From Octopus vulgaris (taxonomy: Eukaryota): DNA of 64,000 bases. The notes below the pieces were generated by a model. That model was given only the letters and a program-made list of their open reading frames with translations. It ran no database searches and had not been told where the DNA came from. Positions 24,641 to 37,144 of the stretch are shown in pieces. The translations under genes and the position numbers were made by a program. The stretch covers positions 49,848,001 through 49,912,000 of the forward strand of contig OX597819.1 in assembly GCA_951406725.2 (NCBI GenBank). Direction: 5' to 3'. Each line of letters starts with the position of its first letter. Within the stretch, counting starts at the first letter, position 1.

Positions 24641-24965
24641 ATAAATACAAGCACGGTTAAAACTATCTTGTACCGAATATTTAAATTTGTGAACTTAGTA
24701 AATATTTCTTTCGCAGTTGTTTACAAACAAGCGAACATTAAAATAGAGAATGAAAGAATTCGCTTGTTTTTACGTCAATACCGGAAGTTGACATTGAGAA
24801 ACACATTTAAACAAGTGAATCATAAATGTAAAGTAATAATTTTTATTTTTGATTAAAAAAAAAAATCAAATGGAGAGTCTAACACATGTCCGAGGTCAAA
24901 TTATTCATACAAGTATGGAAGCAACTGGTTATGCCGTTTTCGCGTGAAAAACGAATACACACACA

Positions 24966-24976
24966 TCTCTATTTTA

Positions 24977-25064
<88 letters not shown>

Positions 25065-25579
25065 ATATAAACGGCAGTTTGTCTGTCTGTGTGTCTGTGT
25101 GTCTGTCAGGTTGTACCCTCACCCTGACCACGGCTTTCAACCGATTCTGATGAAACTTGACACACACATAGCCCAATGTCATAATTCAAAACTAACGCAG
25201 CGAAAATTTCGAAAAGTTTCCCCAGTCCTGAAAAAAATCGATAAATTCGACATTGGGTCGAGAATCTAAGCTTTTTATTTGCAACACATTTTCTGTTGTA
25301 GTTTTCGCAACTTGCAATCGATTTTCACCAAACTCATGGTGAAGCTTAATGTTACCCTAAGAAACTTAATTCTGGTGTTAGTTTTCCATGCAATACCTTA
25401 CCATCAGAAAAAATCGATAAAATCATGCCATTTTGGGAAATCGCGTTCAAATTCAAGATGACATATTTTCGACAATATCTTTCACAAATTGGCAGGAATT
25501 TTTTTCTAAATTCACGGCGAGCATCATGTCTGGTCCAGGGGCTCTTACATACCCGGGCAATGCCGGGCTATGCTGCTAG
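24966..25579 (+). mobile_element. Non-autonomous Helitron
   Basis: Starts a|tc..(TA)n..aaacggcagtttgtctgtctg and ends with hairpin cccgggcaatgccggg then ctatgctgCTAG|T. Confidence 0.75.
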
Positions 25580-25626
25580 TATATATATATATATATAAAA
25601 TAGAGATGTATATATATATAATAGAG

Positions 25627-26070
<444 letters not shown>

Positions 26071-26087
26071 ATATATATATATATATA

Positions 26088-26333
26088 TGGAGGCGCAATG
26101 GCCCAGTGGTTAGAGCAGCGGACTCGCGGTAGTAGGATCGCGGTTTCGGTTCCCAGACCGGGCGTTGTGAGTGTTTATTGACCGAAGACACCTAAAGCTG
26201 TACTTTCTCTCACTCTATCTTCTGTTGGCCTGCTCGCTTAGCCAGCGGGGTGACGTCATTTGAAGGCTAAAACAACGCGAAGTGCATTGTGACCAGCGAT
26301 GTGTAGCGACATCTGATTGTCTGGTCGATCACG

Positions 26334-26337
<4 letters not shown>
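26088..26337 (+). mobile_element. tRNA-derived SINE (family D)
   Basis: tggaggcgcaatggcccagtggttagagcagcggactcgcgg..agaccgggcg; shares its head with 35365-35669. Confidence 0.75.
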
Positions 26338-26405
<68 letters not shown>

Positions 26406-27396
26406 CGCGTGTGTACATACATTCGTGCAAGTTTGCATACGTACGTACACACATACATCACATACATGCACACATACATACATTTATACATGCATAAATG
26501 CATGCATGCATTCGTACATACATGCATAAATGCATCATACATATATACATATATACGTACATAATACATACATACGTACGTGCGTACATGCATACATACA
26601 TACATATATGCATGCATGCATCCACACACACATACACACGCTCAGACACACAAATACATTACGACAGTTCTTAATACTCCTATTGATGTAAACTGGCGAC
26701 CCGTCCTTCCCTTATTGCCACTGTGCAATGCTGCAAAAAAAGTAAATTCCCTGCTATACGGCACATCAGTGCCAGGAGGGGTGCCGGATACCTGAATTTT
26801 CCGGATATCTAAACATCACTTTTTAAATTAACATTGCACCATACAAATGTAATTAAAGCTCTATAAATACATTAATATTATAATTATTATTCTGAAATTA
26901 GTAGAAATGAGACAAGTAGGAAGAAATAAAAGTATAATTTAAGAACACGTCTTATTAACCTAATAAAATACACCTACTGTTTCTTGCAGTATAATAAAAC
27001 ACTCTACAGTTATTTGAAAAGTAACGACCCATTTCAAATACAGTAGAAACTTTATTTCTTTTAATGACAATTAATTAACACAAATTAGTGCGAATTCTTT
27101 TGACTCTAATTAACATATTTTCCATTATATTTTTCCTGGGTTCCGGTTGCTTGAGAGTTTCCGTTATTTGAGTACCGGATAATCGGGAGTTTATCATAAA
27201 TCAATATACGTGTGTCTCACCGGAATACAAGTAGGAGTGGATTCCAAGTTGGGGTACAGAACTAAGAATGGCAATTGACTCACACGGCCAGCAGCAGTGT
27301 TGGTACAGCTGCGGATATCAACATCTACCGAATAGTATTTACCCAGAAAGGAAACTGGCTTTCTGAGTAAAGGTGGCGAGCTGACAGAAACGCTAG

Positions 27397-28415
27397 CCCG
27401 CCGGGAGATGCTATTTGCTGATGATGCCGCTCTGGTATCACACACAGAAGAAGCCCTACAAAGGCTCATCAACTGTTTTGAGCAAGCATGTGGCAACTTT
27501 GGCTTAGTTATTAGCCTCAAGAAGACCAACATCATGGGTCAGGCTACATCGACCATCCAAAACATACATATTGGAGACCACAGACTACAGGAAGTAGAGA
27601 AATTTACCTATCTTGGCTCTACCGTCACCTACTACCTATCCCTTGATACTGAGCTCAATATACGCATTGGCAAGGCAGCTGCTGTGATGGCCCAACTCTC
27701 CAAACGGGCATGGGACAACAATAAGCTGACCACAAAAATGAAGATTTACCAGGCATGTGTACTTAGCACTCTACTGTATGGAAGTGAGACTTGGACGCCA
27801 TACGACGCCATACGTCGCCTAAATATCTTTCACCTGCGTTGCCTCCGGAAAATCTTTCGCATCAAATGGCAGAATCATGTCCCCAACAAAGATGTCATCA
27901 AGCAAGCAGGAATACCAAGCATGTTTACACTCCTCACACAAAGACGTATGAGATGGATTCGACATGTTAGCCGTATGGAAGATGGCACAATCCCCAAGGA
28001 CATACTCAACGGAGAGCTTGCTAGAGGCACTAGGTCTGTGGGAAGACCGTTCTTACGATACAAGGATGTTTGCCAAAGGGACATGAATGCCTGCAACATC
28101 AATATTACCAACTGGGAAGCAGTTGCCAGCAACCGTGGAGATTGGCGACGTACCGTAAAAGAGGGAACACAAACGAGTGACATAGAGGGAGAGGAGAAAT
28201 AGAAAGACAAGAAAAGACGTCAACAAGAAAGTATGACATTACAACCAGCCAGGCAAAGTCTTCGCTACATTTGCGGCACCTGCCAGAGGGAGTGTTTGTC
28301 CAGGATAGGACTACACAGCCACAGCAGATGTATTAGGACATGAAATGAAAAAGCCGGACTAGATTATTTTATGCGCAACTCCATTGTCTCCCGAGACAAA
28401 AAGGATGCCAACAAC
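27397..28415 (+). mobile_element. 5'-truncated RTE-clade LINE
   Basis: ORF 27408-28202 has LFADDAAL, FTYLGS, RIGKA, IYQACVLSTLLYGSETW, FHLRCLRKI, WIRHVSRM. Downstream C2H2-like CGTCQRECLSRIGLHSH and a (caa)n tail. Confidence 0.93.
27408..28202 (+). CDS. RTE reverse transcriptase C-terminal fragment, 264 aa (transposon-derived, probably non-functional)
   Basis: Starts at the catalytic FADD motif and lacks the endonuclease and most RT subdomains. Confidence 0.8.
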   Translation: MLFADDAALVSHTEEALQRLINCFEQACGNFGLVISLKKTNIMGQATSTIQNIHIGDHRLQEVEKFTYLGSTVTYYLSLDTELNIRIGKAAAVMAQLSKRAWDNNKLTTKMKIYQACVLSTLLYGSETWTPYDAIRRLNIFHLRCLRKIFRIKWQNHVPNKDVIKQAGIPSMFTLLTQRRMRWIRHVSRMEDGTIPKDILNGELARGTRSVGRPFLRYKDVCQRDMNACNINITNWEAVASNRGDWRRTVKEGTQTSDIEGEEK

Positions 28416-28679
28416 AATATATATGGATTTCGTAGACAGGAACTGAAACAAATCAATCGTATATATATGTATATATGTAAGTGTATGTGTGTGTCTTTGT
28501 GTCTGTGTTTCGCCCTCATCACTGCTTCACAACTGCTGTTCATTTATTTACATCCACAAAACTTACTGGTTTCACAAGAACAAACTAATAGAATAAGTAC
28601 TAGGCTTATCAACATAAAAGAGCACTAGGCTGTGTCTCATACTTTTGTTTGCCCACTTAGTTGTATCTATCAATTTATC

Positions 28680-28737
<58 letters not shown>

Positions 28738-28751
28738 TGTTTATCTCTCTC

Positions 28752-28789
<38 letters not shown>

Positions 28790-28792
<3 letters not shown>

Positions 28793-29843
28793 CACCCTAA
28801 AGGGAGCCTTAACTCCCAAATTTTAGTAATTTCTTTTATGATCCAAAACTAGGTCAAAAGTACTGAATGGATTTTTATGAAATTTGGAAATTATATTCTT
28901 AGCATAAGGGCCATAGCCCCCATCACAATTCATATATTTTTGTTGTTGATGAAATTTTAACCATAGATATTAGACACAAATGAAGTGATATTTATAAAAT
29001 TTCATCTTCTTACAAAGTTAGAAAGACCCCCTCCATGGGGACTTAACACCCACAAATTTGTCATTTTATCTAAGCAAAAACGAATACAGTTGTGCTCTTG
29101 GAAGCTGTAGGGTTACCCGAGCATAAAAGTTGAGCATTATTTGTAATTCAATGGTACAACAGTGTAACAGTTTGCTTTGACATACACTTACATTGTGATT
29201 TCTGCAATGTGATACATAAATTGTCAAGTAAATGAGAGGCATTTTTGTCTCCACTGATTCAGTTGCAAAGTGTTGAGTAAAGTTATTTGATTGCAGACCT
29301 CCTTTCAGTCTTTTTATTATCACTCGGTCACACTTAGTCACCAGATGGTAACATTGATTACAAGGCCTTCCCAGATGAGTGACTGGTTATTCAAAGGCAT
29401 TTATAGATCTTAAATTCATTCTGTCCAGTTACGTATCAGTATAGTGGTCATTTGCACACTCCAGAGGTGACACTTTAATTTCTCCTAGGCCCTCACGTCA
29501 CACAGTTGTTAATGTTGATTTCAAGTTGGGTCACGCCCTTCCAATTGCTATAGATTCTTAATGCATCTTACGGCTGTGCCTGTCACCTGGATGGTGAGGA
29601 ATCCTACATTGGGAGTGGTAACGACTAGGGTAGGGTAACTGACTGCTTATCGTGATCATTCGTCTTTTGGTTTCCATGTGGCACGATTACAATTTTTTTA
29701 GGGTGTGTAAAGAGGGAAATAACCCTCATCTGCAGTTTTGATGAAATTCGAAACATAGATATTCCAGTTCATTCGGAAAATATAACAGAAAAGTCTAATT
29801 CTTCAATTGAATGTAACCGGGCAACGCCGGGTATCTCTGCTAG
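28790..29843 (+). mobile_element. Helitron-like element (3' end clear, 5' end uncertain)
   Basis: Ends ccgggcaacgccggg-tatctctg-CTAG|T, like 25579 and 16647. Confidence 0.6.
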
Positions 29844-30117
29844 TAAAGAAATAAGAATAAAAAAGGAAACTGGCTATTGAAAATCTTTTCACTCTAACTA
29901 TTAAATTGTGCATGTAGAACTAATTCCCATGCTCCCAATCTCTGTTTGTCTCTGTCTTCCTTTCATTTTACAGGAATTTATCCTAAACTTTGGAAACACG
30001 GCACTGTGTTTCATCCGTCCGAAAGAGTAACATTCTTGACTCTCAAAACCGGGTGTCTCAGAATAGCGATGCTTTTTATGTCTATGAAACTTAGGAACGC
30101 ATATCTGAGTCAAACTC

Positions 30118-30218
<101 letters not shown>

Positions 30219-30275
30219 ATGTATACGTATGATAGATCGCTAGCCTCTGTACATTCTTTATTTTCTCTCCTTGCT

Positions 30276-30313
30276 TCTTTCTGTGGAAGAGCGTAGGCTC
30301 GAAACGTTAAAGA
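30276..30313 (+). ncRNA. Minimal hammerhead-like motif (loopless stem III, core variant)
   Basis: tcttt-CTGTGGA-a-gagc-gtag-gctc-GAAAC-GTT-aaaga. Stems I and II are perfect; the core deviates from CUGANGA. Confidence 0.55.
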
Positions 30314-30416
30314 CTTTTTCACTTCCCGAGCGTTAAACTAATACATCTGTTTGTTGTCTACACCACCTGTCTTCATCTTTTTGAATTCTTCCTATATATA
30401 TATATATATACACACG

Positions 30417-30784
30417 TACTCTTTTACTTGTTTCAGTCATCTGACTATGGCCATGCTGGGTCACAGCCTTTAGTCGAGGAAATCGATTCCAGAACATATT
30501 CTTTGAAAGCCTAGTGCTTATTCTATCGGTATCTTTTGCCGAACCGCTAGGTAACGGGGACCTAAACACACCAGCATCGGTTGTCAAGCGATGATTGGGG
30601 GATAAACACAGACACACAAAAATACACACACACATATATATATACATATATACGACGGGATTCTTTCAGTTTCCGTCTAACAAATCCACTCACATGGCTT
30701 TGGTCGGCCCGATGCTATAGTAGAAGACACTTGCCCAAGGTGGTTCGTAAGCAAGCTACTTACCACACAGCCACTCCTGCGCCT
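30417..30784 (-). mobile_element. SINE family A
   Basis: Tail to head ..ccacacagccactcctgcgcc, with an internal deletion. Confidence 0.85.
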
Positions 30785-30802
30785 ATGAATATATATATAT
30801 AT

Positions 30803-31205
30803 GGGCGCAGGAGTGGCTGTGTGGTAAGTAGCTTGCTAACCGACCACATGGTTCCGGGTTCAGTCCCACTGCGTGGCATCTTGGGCAAGTGTCTTCTACT
30901 ATAGCTTCGGGCCGACCAAAGCCTTGTGAATGGATTTGGTAGACGGAAACTGAAAAGAAGCCTGTCGTATATATGTATATATATATGTATGTGTATGTAT
31001 ATGTTTGTGTGTCTGTGTTTGTCCCTCTAGCATTGCTTGACAACCGATGCTGGTGTGTTTACGTCCCCGTCACTTAGCGGTTCGGCAAAAGAGACCGATA
31101 GAATAAGTACTAGGCTTACAAAGAATAAGTCCTGGAGTCGATTTGCTTGACTAAAGGCGGTGCTCCAGCATGGCCGCAGTCAAATGACTGAAACAAGTAA
31201 AAGAG
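30803..31205 (+). mobile_element. SINE family A, full length
   Basis: ggcgcaggagtggctgtgtggtaag (A box) .. gggttcagtccc (B-box-like) .. microsatellite .. ggtgctccagcatggccgcagtcaaatgactgaaacaagtaaaagag. Confidence 0.92.
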
Positions 31206-31314
31206 TACACTGTCGTTACCGTCTTGCTTTTTTTACCATTTTTTACCCCTCTGCGAAAAGATCTCAGAATTTTAATTGATTTGCTTTTCACAGGAAGGAA
31301 GTTTCTTCGAAGTA

Positions 31315-31378
31315 TACGTCTCGCTTTTATCCTTCGAAACGTAGAGTAGATGAAACCTTAGCGACTGAAGAAGGGGAT
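31315..31378 (+). ncRNA. Hammerhead ribozyme with non-circularly permuted strand order (copy 1)
   Basis: TAC-GTC(site)-TCGCT-ttt-ATCCTTC-GAAA-CGTA-16 nt-AGCGA-CTGAAGA-AGGGGAT. Stem III TACGT/ACGTA, stem I TCGCT/AGCGA, stem II ATCCTT/GGGGAT. Confidence 0.8.
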
Positions 31379-32198
31379 TTTTCGTTGTGCTTATTGTCCT
31401 GTATCTCTTTTTTTCTTTTTTGCTTGTCCTGTTCCTTGGTTTGTGTCTATGTTTTTCGTCTCTCTATGTGTTCGACGTCTTTTTGGTGTCCTGTACACAT
31501 ATATGCGTGTATATGTACATGTAGAGGTAGGTACGTACATATATGTTTATATATATGCATATGTTCTATTTTATTAACATATGATACGACTAAACGCACG
31601 CACCCTATTAAGTAAGATTGTTCTGTTTATCAAGTTAGCCTTGATATTAACTCTCACGCGACTCTGCATCTTTCTTTCTTTCTCTCCCATTCCCTTTTTC
31701 GTCCTTTTTCCCTCACTTAACTTGTCTCTTCCTCTCTCTCTCATTCTTCATTCTCTCTCTCCCCCTCACCATTCTTCATGGTCTCCTCGCACCATTCCCC
31801 TTCTTCTCTCTCTTCCTCTTGCTCCTCCTCCCCCATTCCCGTCGTCCATCTGCGACGATACTTCCGTCGTAACTGCTATCCTGTCTTTTCTCGCCCGCCT
31901 TCTAAGGCCACTGGTCGACATTCTTTCTCTCTCGTCGTCCACTATAATCCAGCGTTTGCATTACTTTTTTCGTCTGGCGTAAACAGCCCTTCTTATCTTG
32001 TTCTCCTTGTCCTGTCTCTCACTGTTATATATTTATTTTTCAACTGTTTATATATAATTTTTTTTTTTTTTTTTTACTGTTTATATGTTTGTACTGTCGT
32101 TACCGTCTTGCTTTTTTTACCATTTTTTACCCCTCTGCGAAAAGATCTCAGAATTTTAATTGATTTGCTTTTCACAGGAAGGAAGTTTCTTCGAAGTA

Positions 32199-32262
32199 TA
32201 CGTCTCGCTTTTATCCTTCGAAACGTAGAGTAGATGAAACCTTAGCGACTGAAGAAGGGGAT
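32199..32262 (+). ncRNA. Permuted hammerhead ribozyme (copy 2)
   Basis: Identical to 31315-31378; CTGAAGA at 32249-32255. Confidence 0.8.
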
Positions 32263-33079
32263 TTTTCGTTGTGCTTATTGTCCTGTATCTCTTTTTTCTT
32301 TTTTGCTTGTCCTGTTCCTTGGTTTGTGTCTATGTTTTTCGTCTCTCTATGTGTTCGACGTCTTTTTGGTGTCCTGTACACATATATGCGTGTATATGTA
32401 CATGTAGAGGTAGGTACGTACATATATGTTTATATATATGCATATGTTCTATTTTATTAACATATGATACGACTAAACGCACGCACCCTATTAAGTAAGA
32501 TTGTTCTGTTTATCAAGTTAGCCTTGATATTAACTCTCACGCGACTCTGCATCTTTCTTTCTTTCTCTCCCATTCCCTTTTTCGTCCTTTTTCCCTCACT
32601 TAACTTGTCTCTTCCTCTCTCTCTCATTCTTCATTCTCTCTCTCCCCCTCACCATTCTTCATGGTCTCCTCGCACCATTCCCCTTCTTCTCTCTCTTCCT
32701 CTTGCTCCTCCTCCCCCATTCCCGTCGTCCATCTGCGACGATACTTCCGTCGTAACTGCTATCCTGTCTTTTCTCGCCCGCCTTCTAAGGCCACTGGTCG
32801 ACATTCTTTCTCTCTCGTCGTCCACTATAATCCAGCGTTTGCATTACTTTTTTCGTCTGGCGTAAACAGCCCTTCTTATCTTGTTCTCCTTGTCCTGTCT
32901 CTCACTGTTATATATTTATTTTTCAACTGTTTATATATAATTTTTTTTTTTTTTTTACTGTTTATATGTTTGTACTGTCGTTACCGTCTTGCTTTTTTTA
33001 CCATTTTTTACCCCTCTGCGAAAAGATCTCAGAATTTTAATTGATTTGCTTTTCACAGGAAGGAAGTTTCTTCGAAGTA

Positions 33080-33143
33080 TACGTCTCGCTTTTATCCTTC
33101 GAAACGTAGAGTAGATGAAACCTTAGCGACTGAAGAAGGGGAT
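33080..33143 (+). ncRNA. Permuted hammerhead ribozyme (copy 3)
   Basis: Identical to 31315-31378; CTGAAGA at 33130-33136. Confidence 0.8.
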
Positions 33144-33339
33144 TTTTCGTTGTGCTTATTGTCCTGTATCTCTTTTTTCTTTTTTGCTTGTCCTGTTCCT
33201 TGGTTTGTGTCTATGTTTTTCGTCTCTCTATGTGTTCGACGTCTTTTTGGTGTCCTGTACACATATATGCGTGTATATGTACATGTAGAGGTAGGTACGT
33301 ACATATATGTTTATATATATGCATATGTTCTATTTTATT

Positions 33340-33401
<62 letters not shown>

Positions 33402-33488
33402 TACACACATATATACATATACATATATATCAATATACATACATATAAAAACATGCACTCATATATATATATACATATATATATATAC

Positions 33489-33519
<31 letters not shown>

Positions 33520-34145
33520 CATATATATATATTTATATATATATATGCATATACATGCATGTGTGTATGCGTGTCCGTGCTCGTTCGATATGCTATGAGC
33601 GCTATATCTGAATTAAAAACTTTCTAAAGCCTATTTAGATCCTCAGTTGATTGCAATTCACACACACATATGCACGCGCGCCTGCGCACACACACACATA
33701 CACACATACACATACACGGACATATATACAGGCACTCCCCCCCATACCTACATCAAACTCACGCATACAAATACACACGTACATAAGTGTGTCAACAGAC
33801 CCCCACCACCACCACCACCACCACGAAAAAAGAAAATGAATGAAAAATTCATACAGCTGGAATTGAAAGAAAAAGTAAGAGGGGGTGAGGAAGGACATTT
33901 CTTCAAAATTAGTCAGTCGCCATGTTTGATTTCACTAACTAGGTCAACTGCAGGTAGCTTTCACTGGAATTGTAATTAACACCTTTGTTTAATTAGGGCG
34001 AAAGGTGGTGTTGGTGGTGGTGGTTGTGATGTACAAAAGGGAGTTAAAGTACGGCAGGAAAGATCGAGGAACGAAGAGATGACAGCTGTTGAAATATATA
34101 TGTATGAATACACACACACACAGGCGCGCGATCACGCACATATAT

Positions 34146-34364
34146 ACTCTTACTCTTTTACTCTTTTACTTCTTTCAGTCATTTGACTGCGGCCATGCTG
34201 GAGCACCGCCTTTAATCGAGCAACTCGACCCCGGGACTTTTGTAAGCCCAGTACTTATTCTATCGGTCTCTTTTGCCGAACCGCTAAGTAACGGGGACAT
34301 AAACACACCAGCATCGGTTGTCAAGCAATGCTAGGGGACTAACACAGACACACAAACATACACA

Positions 34365-34406
<42 letters not shown>

Positions 34407-34572
34407 TACGACGGGCTTCTTTCAGTTTCCGTCTACCAAATCCACTCACAAGACTTTGGTCGGCCCGAGGCTATAGTAGAAGACACTTGCCCAAGGTGCC
34501 ACGCAGTGGGACTGAACCCGGATCCATGTGGTTGGTAGACAAGCTACTTACCACACAGCCACTCCTGCGCCT
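34146..34572 (-). mobile_element. SINE family A, full length
   Basis: Reverse complement of 30803-31205, with a (ttactc)n tail. Confidence 0.9.
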
Positions 34573-34647
34573 ATATATCGACTTCTTCGACTAAAGCCTT
34601 TCAGGGTAGTCCTCCAGCATGGCCGCAGTCATATGACTGATGCAAGT

Positions 34648-34990
34648 CGCCGAGGTCGACTTTGCCTTTCATCCTTTCGGGGTCGATAAATTAAGTTGCG
34701 TACTGAGGTCGATTCAATCGACTGGCCCCCACCTCCCCAAAAATTTCGAGTCTTGTGCCTAGAATAGAAAAGAACATTAGTTTCAAATTTTGGCACAAGG
34801 CCAGCAATTTCAGAGGAAAGGTAAGTCGATTACAACAAACCACGTGTTCAGCTGGTACTTATTTCATCAATCCCGGGAGCATGAAAGGCTATGTTAACGT
34901 CGGCGGAATTTGAACTCAGAACGTGAAGACGGACGAAATGCCGTTAAGCATTTTGCCCAGCGTGCAAACGGTTCTGCCAGCTCGCTGCTT
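34648..34990. mobile_element. Two SINE family B copies in opposite orientation
   Basis: Partial plus copy at 34648-34775 and minus copy at about 34780-34990. Confidence 0.7.
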
Positions 34991-35284
34991 TAATCTTTCA
35001 TTTTAATATTAAAGAGTCAAATTTAACCAGTGTAGAGTAGGAGTGTTACTTTGGTGTTATAGTATCACGACTATCCAGGTTACAGCAATTTCTTTGAGTC
35101 CCGCTGGTGATTTTCCGCCCAATCCTGTGTATTACGAGCTACTATTTATAACTGGATTCGCATTTGGCACATCATGAATAGAAGACACATACACACATGC
35201 ATACTTCTAAAATAAAGATAAAATTTTATTAAAATTTTTTTATCAGTGGTCAGCATCTGAAAAATACCTTTTAAGGTGAAAATT

Positions 35285-35920
35285 ATAAATACAATTATAA
35301 ATAAGGGCAAAAAGAAAAAACATCTTTGCTAATATGCTGAAAATAGACGCTAAATCGTTTAACCGTGTGGAGGCTCATGGCCTAGTGGTTAGAGCAACGG
35401 ACTCGCGGTCGAGGGATCACGGGTTCGAATCTCAGACCGGGCGATGTGTGTGTTTATGAGGGAAACAACTAAGCTCCACGCTGCTCTGGCAAAAGGTAAT
35501 GGCGAACTTCTGCTGACTTTTTCGCCACAACTTTCTCTCACTCTTTCCTCCTGCATCTTGCAGCTCACTTGCGATGGACCGGCGTCCCATCCAAGTGGGG
35601 AAACCTATACGCCAAGGAAACCTTCAAACCGGTCCTAATGAGCCAGGAGTGACTCGAGAAGGAACAATCAAATCGTCTAACCACATAAAATATTTCCACT
35701 CATATCAATTACACCACGTGTCGAAACGGGGAAAGCAAGCTAGCTGAAATTCGAGGATAACTATATTTTTATGAATTTCTGTTAGCTTGCTTTCCTCGTT
35801 TCGACGCGTGGTGTAATTGATATATGTGAAAATATTTTATGTGGTTAGACGATTTAGCGTCTATTTTTCAGCATATTGGCAAAGAAAAAAATTCTTTTTG
35901 CCCTTATTTATAATTTTATA
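35285..35920. repeat. Fold-back repeat interrupted by a SINE
   Basis: 35290-35364 plus 35683-35752 is inverted against 35773-35915. Confidence 0.8.
35365..35669 (+). mobile_element. tRNA-derived SINE (family D) with 13-bp TSD
   Basis: A box tggcctagtgg, B box gggttcgaatc. TSD aaatcgt(t/c)taacc at 35352-35364 and 35670-35682. Confidence 0.85.
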
Positions 35921-36193
35921 CACATGTGTATATATACATGCACACATATATATATATATGCGTATACAGGAGTAGGTAAAACTAGGTATACAGTTGTTCA
36001 ATCCTCCTCATCATCATAATCGTCGTCGTCGTCGCAATCATCGCCACCGCCACCACCGCCACCGCCGCCGTCGTCATCATCATCATCATCATCATCATCA
36101 TCAACAACATCATCACCACCACCACCACCACCCACCATCATCAACACCACCACCACCACCACTATCATCATCACATTATTATTATTATTATTA

Positions 36194-36234
<41 letters not shown>

Positions 36235-36783
36235 GAGTGAGCGAGCAGAGCATGCCATCAAAGTGACACTGGGGTAAAATATACGAAGCCCAGTATACCC
36301 ATTATGACTACCCGTCTGATAAGGGTACACCAGGCACATGCATCACAACCATATGTGCGCGACATGGTGATCTCATATCAAGATAAACAGCATATGACCT
36401 TGCAGGTGGAGCCCAGTTAGAATTTTCTTCAGATCGAGTAACCCATCCCGCTCAAAAGGTCCCTGAATAAGGGTTGTTTAAGGATGTTGAAAGAACCACC
36501 CATGTTTTCAGAGGTGAATTATTCAAACCCCAAAGAATCCTTCTCAACACATGGCTATGATGCTCCCCCACTACTTCTGCTCGTGATCAGAGATGCACAT
36601 ATCGTCAGCCACTAAGGGACATGCTCAACTGGTTAAGGTCAAACAACTGACAAGCAAATCTGTGGTATTGAGCAGAATATTTGCTGTAGCCCATCTTTTA
36701 TACCAAGACAAAACAATGTACATGATAACACTTCCAATCAGTTAAGATCAGAAGCCATGAGAGCCACTGCCTGGTACTGCATC
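36235..36783 (-). mobile_element. Unclassified ~550-bp insertion within (TAA)n
   Basis: Complex sequence bounded on both sides by (att)n, next to R4/Dong fragments. No coding motif recognised; strand is inferred. Confidence 0.45.
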
Positions 36784-36808
36784 TATTATTATTATTATTA
36801 TTATTATT

Positions 36809-37101
36809 GCCTTTGCACAGCTTCTAACGCTGGAGATGTACTACAGTGTCAGCTGTTCACTACCAGTGAACTGAGGTAACACCTCTTATTTTTCGAGCAC
36901 CTTCCGGAGTATTCGAGCAGTTCCAAGCAGTGCTGTTTTCTGCAAGTGCTCCACCCTTATTGCAGCCCCTATTTGTTCCACGTACTTCTCGAGATTTTTG
37001 CTTACTGTTCCCAGGGCTCCAACAATTATTGGTACAACTGCTACTTTTTTCATCGACCACTACTACTTAACTTCCCAAGCTAATCTGTCATATCTCTCGA
37101 C

Positions 37102-37103
<2 letters not shown>
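36809..37103 (-). mobile_element. R4/Dong-type (RLE) LINE 3' end
   Basis: Minus strand VERYDRLAWEVK**WSMKKVAVVPIIVGALGTVSKNLEKYVEQIG..LQKTALLGTARILRKVLEK*, then short UTR and (TAA)n. Confidence 0.85.

Positions 37104-37140
<37 letters not shown>

Positions 37141-37144
<4 letters not shown>

Larger units (their letters stand above)
31209..33343 (+). repeat. ~882-bp tandem repeat (about 2.4 copies) with one permuted hammerhead per unit
   Basis: Near-identical units; ribozyme starts at 31315, 32199 and 33080; array ends ttattaaca then (TA)n. Confidence 0.95.

Noticed and set aside
31581-32865. 133-aa and 151-aa ORFs in the ~880-bp repeat
   Set aside because: Low-complexity pyrimidine-rich frames with no domain, and homopolymer indels change them between copies.
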